This document shows, in pieces, positions 26,580-35,422 of a DNA stretch of 53,029 nt (positions are counted from its first letter, which is position 1; the number at the start of each line of letters is the position of its first letter). The notes under the pieces were generated by a model. That model made no database searches, had not been told where the DNA came from, and worked only from the letters and a program-made list of their open reading frames with translations. Source of the stretch: a virus (taxonomy: Duplodnaviria > Caudoviricetes); the IMG/VR virus record IMGVR_UViG_3300008267_000477, positions 1 through 53,029 of that record. One strand, given 5' to 3'. The position numbers and the translations under genes were made by a program.

Positions 26580-26977
26580 GGGGTCGACGTTGGATTTGAC
26601 AGATGACCGTAGTTCTTTGAGATGATGCAGGCAGGGTTAGATTGGAAATCCTTAATTACCTATCAAGCGATAAACGCAAACAAATACAACTCTGAGGATA
26701 TGATGAGTATCCCAACTTCAATCACTCGTGTGGCTGAAGAGGCTGAACTGCTATTGGCAGCTTAACCGCTGAGTCGCACTTACTCAGAATAAAAAAATGT
26801 GCACGCTGTGAGCACACCGGCTGGCTCCCTAAATCCGAGTCGGGAACCATTGGTTGTAGGTTGACGATGGAGAAGAACCAACCAACTAGTTGTTAGTTAG
26901 AAAACTAAATAAGCCTGTGAATGAGTCCTTAGTATTAGTCGTTATGGACGAGGGTTCGAACCCCTCCGACTCCACCA
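26580..26977 (+). ncRNA. ssrA: tmRNA
   Basis: 5' GGGGTCG..GGATTTGAC pairs with 3' CGACTCC-A-CCA including the G3-U alanine determinant; T-arm GAGGG-TTCGAAC-CCCTC; internal tag ORF ends LAA-TAA. Confidence 0.95.
26676..26765 (+). other. tmRNA tag reading frame ANKYNSEDMMSIPTSITRVAEEAELLLAA*
   Basis: GCA resume codon after ATAAAC; 29 codons then TAA. Confidence 0.8.
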
Positions 26978-26988
26978 TATCTCTCAAT
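26976..26988 (+). promoter_or_regulatory. Anti-leader element in the tmRNA 3' trailer
   Basis: CATATCTCTCAAT is the exact reverse complement of ATTGAGAGATATG at 18-30. Confidence 0.45.
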
Positions 26989-27012
26989 GCTGCGAAGCAT
27001 ATCTTGTGTGTT

Positions 27013-27043
27013 AAGGAAGGCTGGGAAACCGGCCTTTCCTTTT
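27013..27043 (+). terminator. Rho-independent terminator after ssrA
   Basis: AAGGCTGG-GAAA-CCGGCCTT stem with GAAA tetraloop, then TCCTTTT. Confidence 0.85.
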
Positions 27044-27174
27044 GCTAGTTGCTGAGATATTTATATGAAAGTACATTTTCTTACTGAAAATTATTTTAAA
27101 AAAATATCATCAAACTGTTGACTTTCTGGATTTTTTTCGTGATATTAAAAAAATAAACAATTAAATTTTTATTT

Positions 27175-27471
27175 ATGATTTTTATCAGTATTTTATTTGT
27201 TGTTAGTTTTACTTTAAATGTTATCTTAGCATTGAAATTAAAAAAGAGTAATGCTAATAAAGAAGAGTTAGATGTAAAGCTCAAAGTTGTAACCGACTAC
27301 GCGGATGGTGTTGTCAAGGAAAAACTAGAATCTACTAAGGCTACCCTCGAGGCTATAGCTGAAGTTAAGATTGAAGATTCTATTGAAGTTTCGGCTGAAA
27401 AGGTTGTTGAGATTTCTAAGAAGCCAAGAAAACCAAGACGTAAGAAAAAACCAAATACACCTAAGGATTAA
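27175..27471 (+). CDS. Membrane-anchored protein with basic tail
   Basis: N-terminal TM segment and KKPRKPRRKKK tail. Confidence 0.7.
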   Translation: MIFISILFVVSFTLNVILALKLKKSNANKEELDVKLKVVTDYADGVVKEKLESTKATLEAIAEVKIEDSIEVSAEKVVEISKKPRKPRRKKKPNTPKD

Positions 27472-27890
27472 TGAATTGCTTTAAAAGATTAGTTGATTCT
27501 AACTTTTTAGCAAACGCTAAGAATGAGCTTCTTGCCGCCCAACGAGTACTAAAGGCGGAAGAAGCTCTTCCCTTTGATGCTACGCTAATCTTTAACCGAG
27601 ACGACGCAAAGTATGTTTATGATTGCTATATAGAGGATTACGCACTACTATTTGAAGTTGAGCAATCTGAAGAAGAATTACTTAAAGATGCGATCTACTA
27701 CATTCAAGAAGATCACATATTATTTATTTACAGCAAAACAAAGAAACTTGTTGATGAAGCCATTCTTTACAGCTACAACGTAAATGGCGACATTCCTCTC
27801 TACAGAGGAAGGCATAAAGTTAATAGACAAGTCGTATTTACAGCACTTATAGATGTGCGAATCCCCTTTTCACCCTCATCTCCCAACTAG
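27471..27890 (+). CDS. Hypothetical protein
   Basis: ORF track; TAATG coupling. Confidence 0.7.
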   Translation: MNCFKRLVDSNFLANAKNELLAAQRVLKAEEALPFDATLIFNRDDAKYVYDCYIEDYALLFEVEQSEEELLKDAIYYIQEDHILFIYSKTKKLVDEAILYSYNVNGDIPLYRGRHKVNRQVVFTALIDVRIPFSPSSPN

Positions 27891-27928
27891 GTTGCTTATT
27901 TAATATATTTTGCATATAGTTACTGTAT

Positions 27929-28387
27929 ATGAGTAATAAAGCAAAAACATCACCCGGAAGAAAGTCACAAGAGACTCATTCTATAGAATGTAAGTTTTGT
28001 GGTTTAGAAAAGCAAGCAGCAATAGCTACAACAGCATATACATGCTGGCAGTGTGTTATTGAGCAATACTGGCATCCAGAAGATGCCCCTAAGAAAAAGT
28101 CTGTAGGGTATCCAAAGGGCTGGAGATTTATGAAGGAGTTTGTGCATGAGAACGGTACAGTATACCACAAAGGTGAAGAGCAACCGGACTTGAAAGGAAC
28201 ATTACAGCCAACTCCATTATCGATAAAAGAACCTAAAGCTAAAAAGAGTAAAGTACAGAAAGCACAAGAGAAGCAAGAAGCTTTGGCAAGATACAGTAAA
28301 CTCAAAAAAGATCTAGTTAAGGAAGTGAGAGTTACTTATCGTAAAAAGATAGAGACAGAATTAAAAAAGTTACAGAAATTAATCTAA
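27929..28387 (+). CDS. Zinc-finger-containing conserved phage protein
   Basis: CKFC..CWQC and GYPKGWRFMKEFVHENGTVYHKGEEQP. Confidence 0.75.
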   Translation: MSNKAKTSPGRKSQETHSIECKFCGLEKQAAIATTAYTCWQCVIEQYWHPEDAPKKKSVGYPKGWRFMKEFVHENGTVYHKGEEQPDLKGTLQPTPLSIKEPKAKKSKVQKAQEKQEALARYSKLKKDLVKEVRVTYRKKIETELKKLQKLI

Positions 28388-28388
28388 T

Positions 28389-29192
28389 ATGAATTTAACA
28401 GCAGAACAATTGCAAGAGAACTTTGATAAGTTGATTGGACTTATTGAAGAACACATCTCCAGTCCTAGAAAGGAAAAACTAATCGAGATGTACAAAGATC
28501 ATCAAGAGCGCTTAATGCTTATGCCAGCAAGTGGAAACATCAACTACCACAACTGCTTTCCTGGCGGTTATGTTGATCATGTTAATCGCGTAGTTAATTG
28601 TTCATTAGAACTAGCGCGCGTTTGGACTACTCTAGGTGCTGAGATAGACTTCACATTAGAAGAGCTAGTGTTTGCAGCAATCAATCATGATTTAGGAAAG
28701 ATGGGTACTGAGCAAGCAGAACAATATATTCCAAACCCTTCTGAGTGGCATAGAAAGAATCAAGGAAAGATTTACACTAACAATCCAGCAAACTCATTTA
28801 TGACAGTACCGGATAGAAGTTTAAAGCTTCTAGCTGATAGAGGTATTACTGTAACGGATAATGAGTGGTTTGGAATCAAGTTACACGATGGTATGTATGA
28901 AGAAGCTAATAAAGCTTACTTTGTTAACTTCAATCCAGACAGTGCTTTGAGAACAAATTTACCTTACCTTCTACATCACGCAGATATGCTAGCATCTCGC
29001 ATTGAGAAAGCAAAGTCAGCAGGAACTATTCAAGTAACTCCTAGTCCCACAGCAAAAGTAACAAAGCGTGCTGCGCAGATTCCTGATAGCGCTACAGAAG
29101 CTGAAAAGGAAGACTTGGTTATACTGCGAAAGCTATGTAAGATTTATTTCAGCTATTTACTTTCGATTCAGAAATACTCGCGATCATATTAA
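28389..29192 (+). CDS. HD-domain phosphohydrolase
   Basis: PAS..YHNCFPGGYVDH, HDLGK, LHDG, LHHAD; the C-terminus may be aberrant. Confidence 0.88.
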   Translation: MNLTAEQLQENFDKLIGLIEEHISSPRKEKLIEMYKDHQERLMLMPASGNINYHNCFPGGYVDHVNRVVNCSLELARVWTTLGAEIDFTLEELVFAAINHDLGKMGTEQAEQYIPNPSEWHRKNQGKIYTNNPANSFMTVPDRSLKLLADRGITVTDNEWFGIKLHDGMYEEANKAYFVNFNPDSALRTNLPYLLHHADMLASRIEKAKSAGTIQVTPSPTAKVTKRAAQIPDSATEAEKEDLVILRKLCKIYFSYLLSIQKYSRSY

Positions 29193-29346
29193 GGAAGTTG
29201 ATCGTTTAGGATCATTTCAAGCTGACGATGAGGTAGGTTTTATTTTTAAAGAAATAGATCAATCAGTAGATGATCTATATACATTTATTACACGATATGT
29301 TAACACAGACACCAAAGATGAAAAAGACGAGAAAGCCGAAGACTAA
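29119..29346 (+). pseudogene. C-terminal part of a conserved small phage gene, start apparently lost
   Basis: VDRLGSFQADDEVGFIFKEI motif lies in a frame overlapping the HD gene; no ATG start, only a GTG at 29068 deep inside the HD gene. Confidence 0.5.
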
Positions 29347-30025
29347 GAGAATGTACTTCGGGCCCGAAGTCGACTTAGAGATAATCAAATACAACGAAAC
29401 AAGTGATGAGTTCGAGAGAAGTAGAATCTACCAAAAAGGAATCCAAGCTGCATTTGAAAAGTTAGTTGAGAACATCATACACACTTTCAAATTCTACTAC
29501 ACAGACGATCAAAGTTTACAGCAAGTGCAACATGAAGTTGTCAGCTTCTTAGTAGAGAAGCTTCCTAAGTTTAAGCAGGATAATGGAAAGGCTTTTAGTT
29601 ATTTTAGTATTGTAGCTAAAAACTATTGCATTCTCAAAAACAAAAGTAACTACAAAAAGCTCACTAGCCATGATAGATTAGATTCATCCTCCGACTTAAT
29701 GGATAATGTAGTAGATATGGAGGAGTATGAAAATCAACTAAGCAATTTTGTTTCGAAGTTTGTTGATTACTGGGATGCTAATGTTGAAACTACTTTCCCT
29801 AAAAAAAGCGATCAAAGAATAGCGTATGCAGTTGTCGAGTTATTTCGTAAAAGAGATTCTATTGAACTGTTTAACAAGAAGGCGTTGTATATTTACATCC
29901 GCGAAATGTCAGATGCAAATACTCAGCAGATCACAAAAATGGTTAAGTGTATGAAGGAGAAGTACAAAGTAATGTATAACGATTACCTAACCTTAGGTTA
30001 CATGCCTACTAATAAAGTATATTAA
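29297..30025 (+). CDS. T4 gp55-like late sigma factor
   Basis: YF...IIKYN and EKLPKF...KAFSYFSIVAKN resemble sigma region 2 of gp55; start is 29297 or 29318. Confidence 0.7.
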   Translation: MLTQTPKMKKTRKPKTKRMYFGPEVDLEIIKYNETSDEFERSRIYQKGIQAAFEKLVENIIHTFKFYYTDDQSLQQVQHEVVSFLVEKLPKFKQDNGKAFSYFSIVAKNYCILKNKSNYKKLTSHDRLDSSSDLMDNVVDMEEYENQLSNFVSKFVDYWDANVETTFPKKSDQRIAYAVVELFRKRDSIELFNKKALYIYIREMSDANTQQITKMVKCMKEKYKVMYNDYLTLGYMPTNKVY

Positions 30026-30273
30026 TGTTAATTGTAGTAAACAAAGAAGAGTTACTAGAATTTCTGCAGAAGGATTTAAAAAGTTGGGAATCTATTGGAG
30101 GAGGTCCCAACTTTTCTGCGTTTGAATTTAATCCAAAAAAGATATCACCTCAAGAGTTAGAGGAATTAGGTTACTACGAAAATAGAGATGCATGGGTTGC
30201 AGGAGTTCAAGTAGCTAAATTGCAACAATACATTGATCAAATACAAAACGCAGAGTCTTTGCGTATCTCGTAG
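30025..30273 (+). CDS. Hypothetical protein
   Basis: ORF track; TAATG coupling. Confidence 0.7.
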   Translation: MLIVVNKEELLEFLQKDLKSWESIGGGPNFSAFEFNPKKISPQELEELGYYENRDAWVAGVQVAKLQQYIDQIQNAESLRIS

Positions 30274-30291
30274 CAATTTCTAACTCATCGC

Positions 30292-30298
30292 TATTTAT
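30292..30298 (+). promoter_or_regulatory. Late-type TATTTAT motif (baseplate hub operon)
   Basis: Upstream of ATG 30313. Confidence 0.6.
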
Positions 30299-30312
30299 TA
30301 ACAAAGAGTGTT

Positions 30313-30660
30313 ATGGATAAGGATAGCAAATTATTTGACGATAAGTCTTTTTCAGATCTACTTCGAGATGTGTACACAAACACAAAAAAGAAGGAAAACC
30401 AGATTAATGGTTTGATTGATCAGTTAAAGCCTATGATTAAGAGTATGACTGATGCTTCAGTGATGGTGCCACTTGTTAAGGAGTACCTCGAGGTGTCTGT
30501 AAAGAATGACGATAACTTAGTTCGGTTGACAGCAATTGTACAGAGATTGTTAGTTACAAATTCCAAACCTAATGCAGAGGGTGAGTTAGGATTGACGGAT
30601 GCAGAACGAGCTCAGCTGATGTCAGAAGCTCAAGAAATTTTAGATAAAAGCATCAAGTAA
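30313..30660 (+). CDS. Conserved helical phage protein
   Basis: PLVKEYLEVSVKNDDNLVRL; heads the structural operon. Confidence 0.75.
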   Translation: MDKDSKLFDDKSFSDLLRDVYTNTKKKENQINGLIDQLKPMIKSMTDASVMVPLVKEYLEVSVKNDDNLVRLTAIVQRLLVTNSKPNAEGELGLTDAERAQLMSEAQEILDKSIK

Positions 30661-31661
30661 TGGGGATGTTTGATTTCCATAAAAGTCAATTCACAGGAGG
30701 TCCATCAACACCACCAGGCGGAACAAAGCAGAGAGTGTTTCCTGCAGTCGTAATAGAGGTGTGCTACGATGATAGTTCTAATTTATGGGAAACACCTGCC
30801 GATGTTGGTAAGATAAGATTTAAAGATGTGGGTAATGCATTCTTCTTTACTCCAAAAGCTGAATCGGAATTAGTAACTGTAGCATGGCCTTTGAATAGAG
30901 GTATATCACAGTACCCTGTTCCAGGGGAGCAGGTGTTGATATTTGAAGCTTTTGGTGATATTAAATTACCTAATGTTGGCGCAATGCAAAAGTTGCACTT
31001 CTATGCATCACCAATAAGCGCTACTCACAATCCAACCTACAATCAGCAACCCTTTGTAATGACTAGCACAAAGACGATTGAGAAGGGTACAAAGATTCCA
31101 ATATCTGTTGCAGAAAAGCGTTTCGAAAAACAGCTGCAAGATAAGCAAAAGTTTAGAGAGGGTAGTGATACTAAGATATACAAACAGCTAACACCATACG
31201 AAGGTGACTTTATTGTTCAAGGAAGAAATGGAAACACACTAAGACTGTCCTCTACGGGAAAGACCGCTGAAAAGGATGAGGCACCGTGGAAGAGTTATGG
31301 ACAGACTGGTGATCCAATAACAATTCTCAGAGTTAGCACAGACAATACGACTAACCCCGACGATCAGTATACAAAAGAAGATATTAACAAAGACGCAGGA
31401 TCTATTTATATGTGCTCTTCTCAAAACGTAGAGTTGACATTGCAATGTACTGCTAAGATGAAATCGTGGTTAGCAACTTACGACATTACAGAAGGTGAGA
31501 AATTAGAAAGAGTACCATCGAATAGTAAGCTGTTTGAAAAAGATGAGCGTTACGCTAAGATTGTTGATATGGCAAAACCAATAGCACAAGAGTATACACC
31601 AGCCGGACCTGGTAGCCCGCAAGGAGCTAATCCAGCAACACCTGCAAGTGGTTCTAATTAG
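30660..31661 (+). CDS. Baseplate spike/hub protein, gp5/GpV-like N-terminal part
   Basis: GKIRF..AWPL..PVPGEQVLI OB-fold pattern; EGDFIVQGRNGNTLRL. Confidence 0.6.
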   Translation: MGMFDFHKSQFTGGPSTPPGGTKQRVFPAVVIEVCYDDSSNLWETPADVGKIRFKDVGNAFFFTPKAESELVTVAWPLNRGISQYPVPGEQVLIFEAFGDIKLPNVGAMQKLHFYASPISATHNPTYNQQPFVMTSTKTIEKGTKIPISVAEKRFEKQLQDKQKFREGSDTKIYKQLTPYEGDFIVQGRNGNTLRLSSTGKTAEKDEAPWKSYGQTGDPITILRVSTDNTTNPDDQYTKEDINKDAGSIYMCSSQNVELTLQCTAKMKSWLATYDITEGEKLERVPSNSKLFEKDERYAKIVDMAKPIAQEYTPAGPGSPQGANPATPASGSN

Positions 31662-31681
31662 TAATATAAACAAATAATAAC

Positions 31682-32666
31682 ATGCCAGGATTATCAGCAG
31701 CCGAGAAAGCGTTAGAAGATAAAATCACCGGCTTTTGCTAACCAATGCATTGAGATACGGGAGTTGGTAGATAAGAATTACGAAAAGATTGTTTTAGCTG
31801 CAATTAAGCAAGCAGTAAGTCAATCTGGAGTATCTCCTAGAATTCGCCCAACTACATTGGCTGATTTGTGTGAAAAGTTTTTAATTCCACAAGTTCAGAA
31901 GTTTGAAGGTGGTTGGGGAGATCACCCGAATGATTCCGGTGGTCCTACAATGCGAGGTGTAATTACTATGACGTTTCAGGGTTACTATCGTAGGTTGTTT
32001 ATAGAGTGGCCACGACTAGCTGGGTTGGGAGAAATTGCTACTAAGGCTGAGGCGTTAGCTAAAAACTATCCAGGAATTGTAGCTGGATCGAATAGAGGAG
32101 AGCACGTAAAGGGTGCCTTATATCATTTCAATTCTAGTCACAAAGTTGCATCTATGTTTATCTGGGGAGGTTTATGTGATGCAGGTACTGGATACCCAAT
32201 TGTTGTAATGTCAGCAGATGCGTGGTTAGGTTATATTCAGTTTGAAATGTGCTGGGGAGGTGGTCCAGGTTCTGTGTTTGGATCAGGAAAGGCTCAATTT
32301 GACGTTGTTGCAAAAAGCTCCTTTGGACGAGGTGCAATGGGAGTTAATGGTTGGGCTAAGTGGGTATGCAATACTCTAGATCCAGCAAGAGCACCTGAGT
32401 TTGCTTCAGCATGCTTTGCATCACAAGTAGGATTCTACGATAGAATTAGTCGAGCTGGAAGCAAAAACAACGTGTTCCGAAAAGGATGGTTTAATCGACT
32501 TATCAACTTTCCAACTTCAGATTTAAAGATGGCCATTATCATAAACGAAGTGTTTAATAAAAATGGCAAAAGCTTATTTAAGTTTGATGAAGCAGAAACA
32601 GCCTTTCTACAGCAGAAAGCAAAGATATATGAATCACTAACAATCAATTACCCAACGGGAGGATAA
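31682..32666 (+). CDS. Glycoside hydrolase family 108 lysozyme (apparent +1 frameshift near 31733-31736)
   Basis: FEGGWGDHPNDSGGPTMRGV and C-terminal FRKGWFNRL; main ORF is 31764..32666, and the best ATG at 31682 is one base out of frame. Confidence 0.8.
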
Positions 32667-32667
32667 G

Positions 32668-33633
32668 ATGCCACAGTTATCGTACGCCGAGATATTAGAA
32701 AGAGTCAAGAAGGAAGGTGGCATAGAAGGCGCCCTGAAAGGGACGTCTAGTGGCGGTTCTGGATTTGGTGGCGAAGGAGAGGGTTCAGATTCAGCAGCAG
32801 GAGGTGGTGGATTTAATCCACAAGATCTCGTAGGTAGATCTATTGAAATTGAAGTTAAACAGCTACCCGTCATTGAGTTTCCTATGGAAGATCTCCAGTA
32901 TTCATCTGGAGTAAAAAAAGGAAAAAACAACGACGTAAACTCACTACTAAGTGTAAAGGATGGTAATGGTGGGAAGATTAACGATTTCAAGAAAGGAACT
33001 GGTCAGGTTATCATAAGTAGTAACCGACTCATAATGAATGCATCGAAAGAGCATTTGATGATGTTTGGTAAGGAGGGAGTAGCAGTAGCATCTCCAGGTC
33101 CAGTCAATATGGACTCTGAGACTTCAATAACCTTATTTGGTGAAAAGGGATTGTTCTTGGGAGTACCAAATAAAGGAGAACCAATTAAGGAAGAAATTCC
33201 ACTACCAAAGTCGAAAGGAGATCCAACACCAGACGAACTCTACGAACCGTTAGTGTTGGGTATTAAGTTGGCAAACATATTAGAAGACTTTTTGTTGATT
33301 CTAAAAAACGCAAACATAATTACACCAATTGGACAAGCGTATTTCAGAGAAGACACCCAGTGGGAATTGGCCAGCTTACAAGCACGTATTCCCGAAATGC
33401 TAAGCACCTTTGCGTATATTGATGGAATTAGTCATAGCAAACCGGATCCAGCTCCGGCAGCTCCAGAAAAACTAACACCATACCCAACTAAGTTAGTAGG
33501 TACAATTACAGCAATAGGTGATTCACCAGTGAATAGTAACACATCAACAAACAATCCTGCAACTGGACCTATAACGTCGCCGTTAGCGGAAACACCAGGA
33601 TTCTTTGAAAGTTTAGATTTATTCCCATTCTAA
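32668..33633 (+). CDS. Baseplate spike/hub protein, gp5/GpV-like C-terminal part
   Basis: GQVIISSNRLIMNA short beta-strand repeats and EPLVLG..L motif. Confidence 0.6.
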   Translation: MPQLSYAEILERVKKEGGIEGALKGTSSGGSGFGGEGEGSDSAAGGGGFNPQDLVGRSIEIEVKQLPVIEFPMEDLQYSSGVKKGKNNDVNSLLSVKDGNGGKINDFKKGTGQVIISSNRLIMNASKEHLMMFGKEGVAVASPGPVNMDSETSITLFGEKGLFLGVPNKGEPIKEEIPLPKSKGDPTPDELYEPLVLGIKLANILEDFLLILKNANIITPIGQAYFREDTQWELASLQARIPEMLSTFAYIDGISHSKPDPAPAAPEKLTPYPTKLVGTITAIGDSPVNSNTSTNNPATGPITSPLAETPGFFESLDLFPF

Positions 33634-33637
33634 AGTT

Positions 33638-35419
33638 ATGGCAGATTTAAAAGGAAAGATAGGACAAATACCAACTGGAGCAGTAGTTTTTACGGAAGCG
33701 TATCCGTTGTGGACTAGAATGTTGGAGGATTTAAAAAAAGATAAAGGTCTTGAGTTGAAAGTAGTTCAAGGTTATGTGTCTAAGTTTGAAATAGTAGATC
33801 AACTACGAAAGCTAGCTAAAGACAAAGCACCGCAATCGGATCCAGCACTAGCTTCGTTGTTAGATCCTAAAGCTAAAATTGAAGACATATTAGGTATAAA
33901 ACCTAAAACCTCAGGTTCCGCAGCGACGGGCTCTGCAGCAACTGGCTCAGCAGCAACGGGCTCCGCTGCGACAAGCTCATCGGCAACTGGCGCATCCGGC
34001 TCAGCTACACCAGCCTTTCCGTCGGGTTCTTATGAAAAGTTGGAAAACTACATAAAGACTTTGACAGCAGCAGATTACGAGCCACCACTGAGTGTTAAGC
34101 AAAAAAGCCCAACACAGACCTTTGACGTACCACCCTTCCCAGGAAGCGTAGCTGAGGATCCGAGACGAACTGGAAAAGTGTTTGTAGTGGAAGGGGAGGC
34201 TCTCAAAAATAAAGACTTATTGACTTGGATATACAATAACAGCTTACTTTATGGGTTTCTACCGTACGGTAGTCCTGAGCCAAAAGCGTTTTATTACGTA
34301 GGTAAGGATAAGGTAAAAGAGTTAGTAAAGACAGCAAACGATGTTGGTAAAATAGTATCATCTTTTTTGCAGACAACCTTACCAAAGGACATCATAACTA
34401 TATCAGTAGACAAAGTATTGACCCACAGCTTACTTCCACCAGGAGGTTATGAGTTTGCTGATCCAGGTAACTTAGATGAAATCGTAGGAACAAATAAAGG
34501 AGGTCCTGAGCAAATTACAAATAACGCCAAGAAGCAGATTAAGATGTATTTGGTACCAAATGATGGAACGCAAGCAATCAGAGATGACGCTGCCTTCGCG
34601 TACGCTGCTATGAAGGAAGCTGCAAAGAAGGATGGAGTAAATATCCAACTAGGATCTGGATATCGTCCCGCATTTGGAGAGTTTTCTAAAATCAAAACAA
34701 AATCAGGAAAAGAGTTAAGTGTTACGTCACAATACTCTATAAGAAAGAGTAGAGCACCAGGCAAGGGAGAGGATTATTGGCTCACAGCTCCATCAAATGC
34801 CTACTCCCCACAAGTAGCACCTCCAGGAAAATCCAACCATGGTAATGGTATTGGGCTAGATTTAAACACCGGAGGTTATCCATCATATCCAGGATCACCA
34901 TTTAATCAAGGGGGAAAGATAATGGAGTGGCTAACTAAAAATGCACATCGATTTGGTTTTCTGAGATCTGTATCATCTGAGGCGTGGCACTGGGAATACT
35001 ATCCACCTAATAAACCGTACGGAAGCAAGAGTCCTGTTAGTTCAAAAGATGGACCATATGCAATTGTAGCAAAAGGACATTCTAGCTGGGGACCTTATGG
35101 TAACGTAGATTGGCAGAAGCAAGGTGGCTTTGCGGGATCAGTACAGACTGCATCCGCATCAGCAGGTAATGGGGGAACGTCAGCAACAACTACTCCAACA
35201 ACGGCAACAGAACCAGCTGAAGAGTTAGAATCGGATGGAGCAGTAGATTTATCACAAGCATTTGATGAACAAGGAGCAACGCAAGGAGCACCTCAAACCC
35301 AAACTACGGATCAAACTCAAGCACCAGCAGACGACCAGCCAGTTAACCTATCTCAAGCAGGTTTGTTTGACGCAGGAGAAGAAACAAACACAGAACAAAC
35401 AACACCAGAGAATCCATAA
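33638..35419 (+). CDS. M15B (VanY-like) Zn peptidase, virion-associated peptidoglycan hydrolase
   Basis: SGYR, VAPPGKSNHGNGIGLD, WLTKNAHRFGF, EAWHWEY. Confidence 0.87.
   Translation: MADLKGKIGQIPTGAVVFTEAYPLWTRMLEDLKKDKGLELKVVQGYVSKFEIVDQLRKLAKDKAPQSDPALASLLDPKAKIEDILGIKPKTSGSAATGSAATGSAATGSAATSSSATGASGSATPAFPSGSYEKLENYIKTLTAADYEPPLSVKQKSPTQTFDVPPFPGSVAEDPRRTGKVFVVEGEALKNKDLLTWIYNNSLLYGFLPYGSPEPKAFYYVGKDKVKELVKTANDVGKIVSSFLQTTLPKDIITISVDKVLTHSLLPPGGYEFADPGNLDEIVGTNKGGPEQITNNAKKQIKMYLVPNDGTQAIRDDAAFAYAAMKEAAKKDGVNIQLGSGYRPAFGEFSKIKTKSGKELSVTSQYSIRKSRAPGKGEDYWLTAPSNAYSPQVAPPGKSNHGNGIGLDLNTGGYPSYPGSPFNQGGKIMEWLTKNAHRFGFLRSVSSEAWHWEYYPPNKPYGSKSPVSSKDGPYAIVAKGHSSWGPYGNVDWQKQGGFAGSVQTASASAGNGGTSATTTPTTATEPAEELESDGAVDLSQAFDEQGATQGAPQTQTTDQTQAPADDQPVNLSQAGLFDAGEETNTEQTTPENP
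33914..34009 (+). repeat. Coding GSAAT pentapeptide repeats
   Basis: Four GSAAT units plus degenerate copies, with varied codons. Confidence 0.85.
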
Positions 35420-35422
35420 ACA

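Noticed and set aside
26945-26977. Stand-alone tRNA or attP-like tRNA fragment
   Set aside because: It is the T-arm and acceptor 3' half of the tmRNA, pairing with 26580-26586; no integrase is in the window
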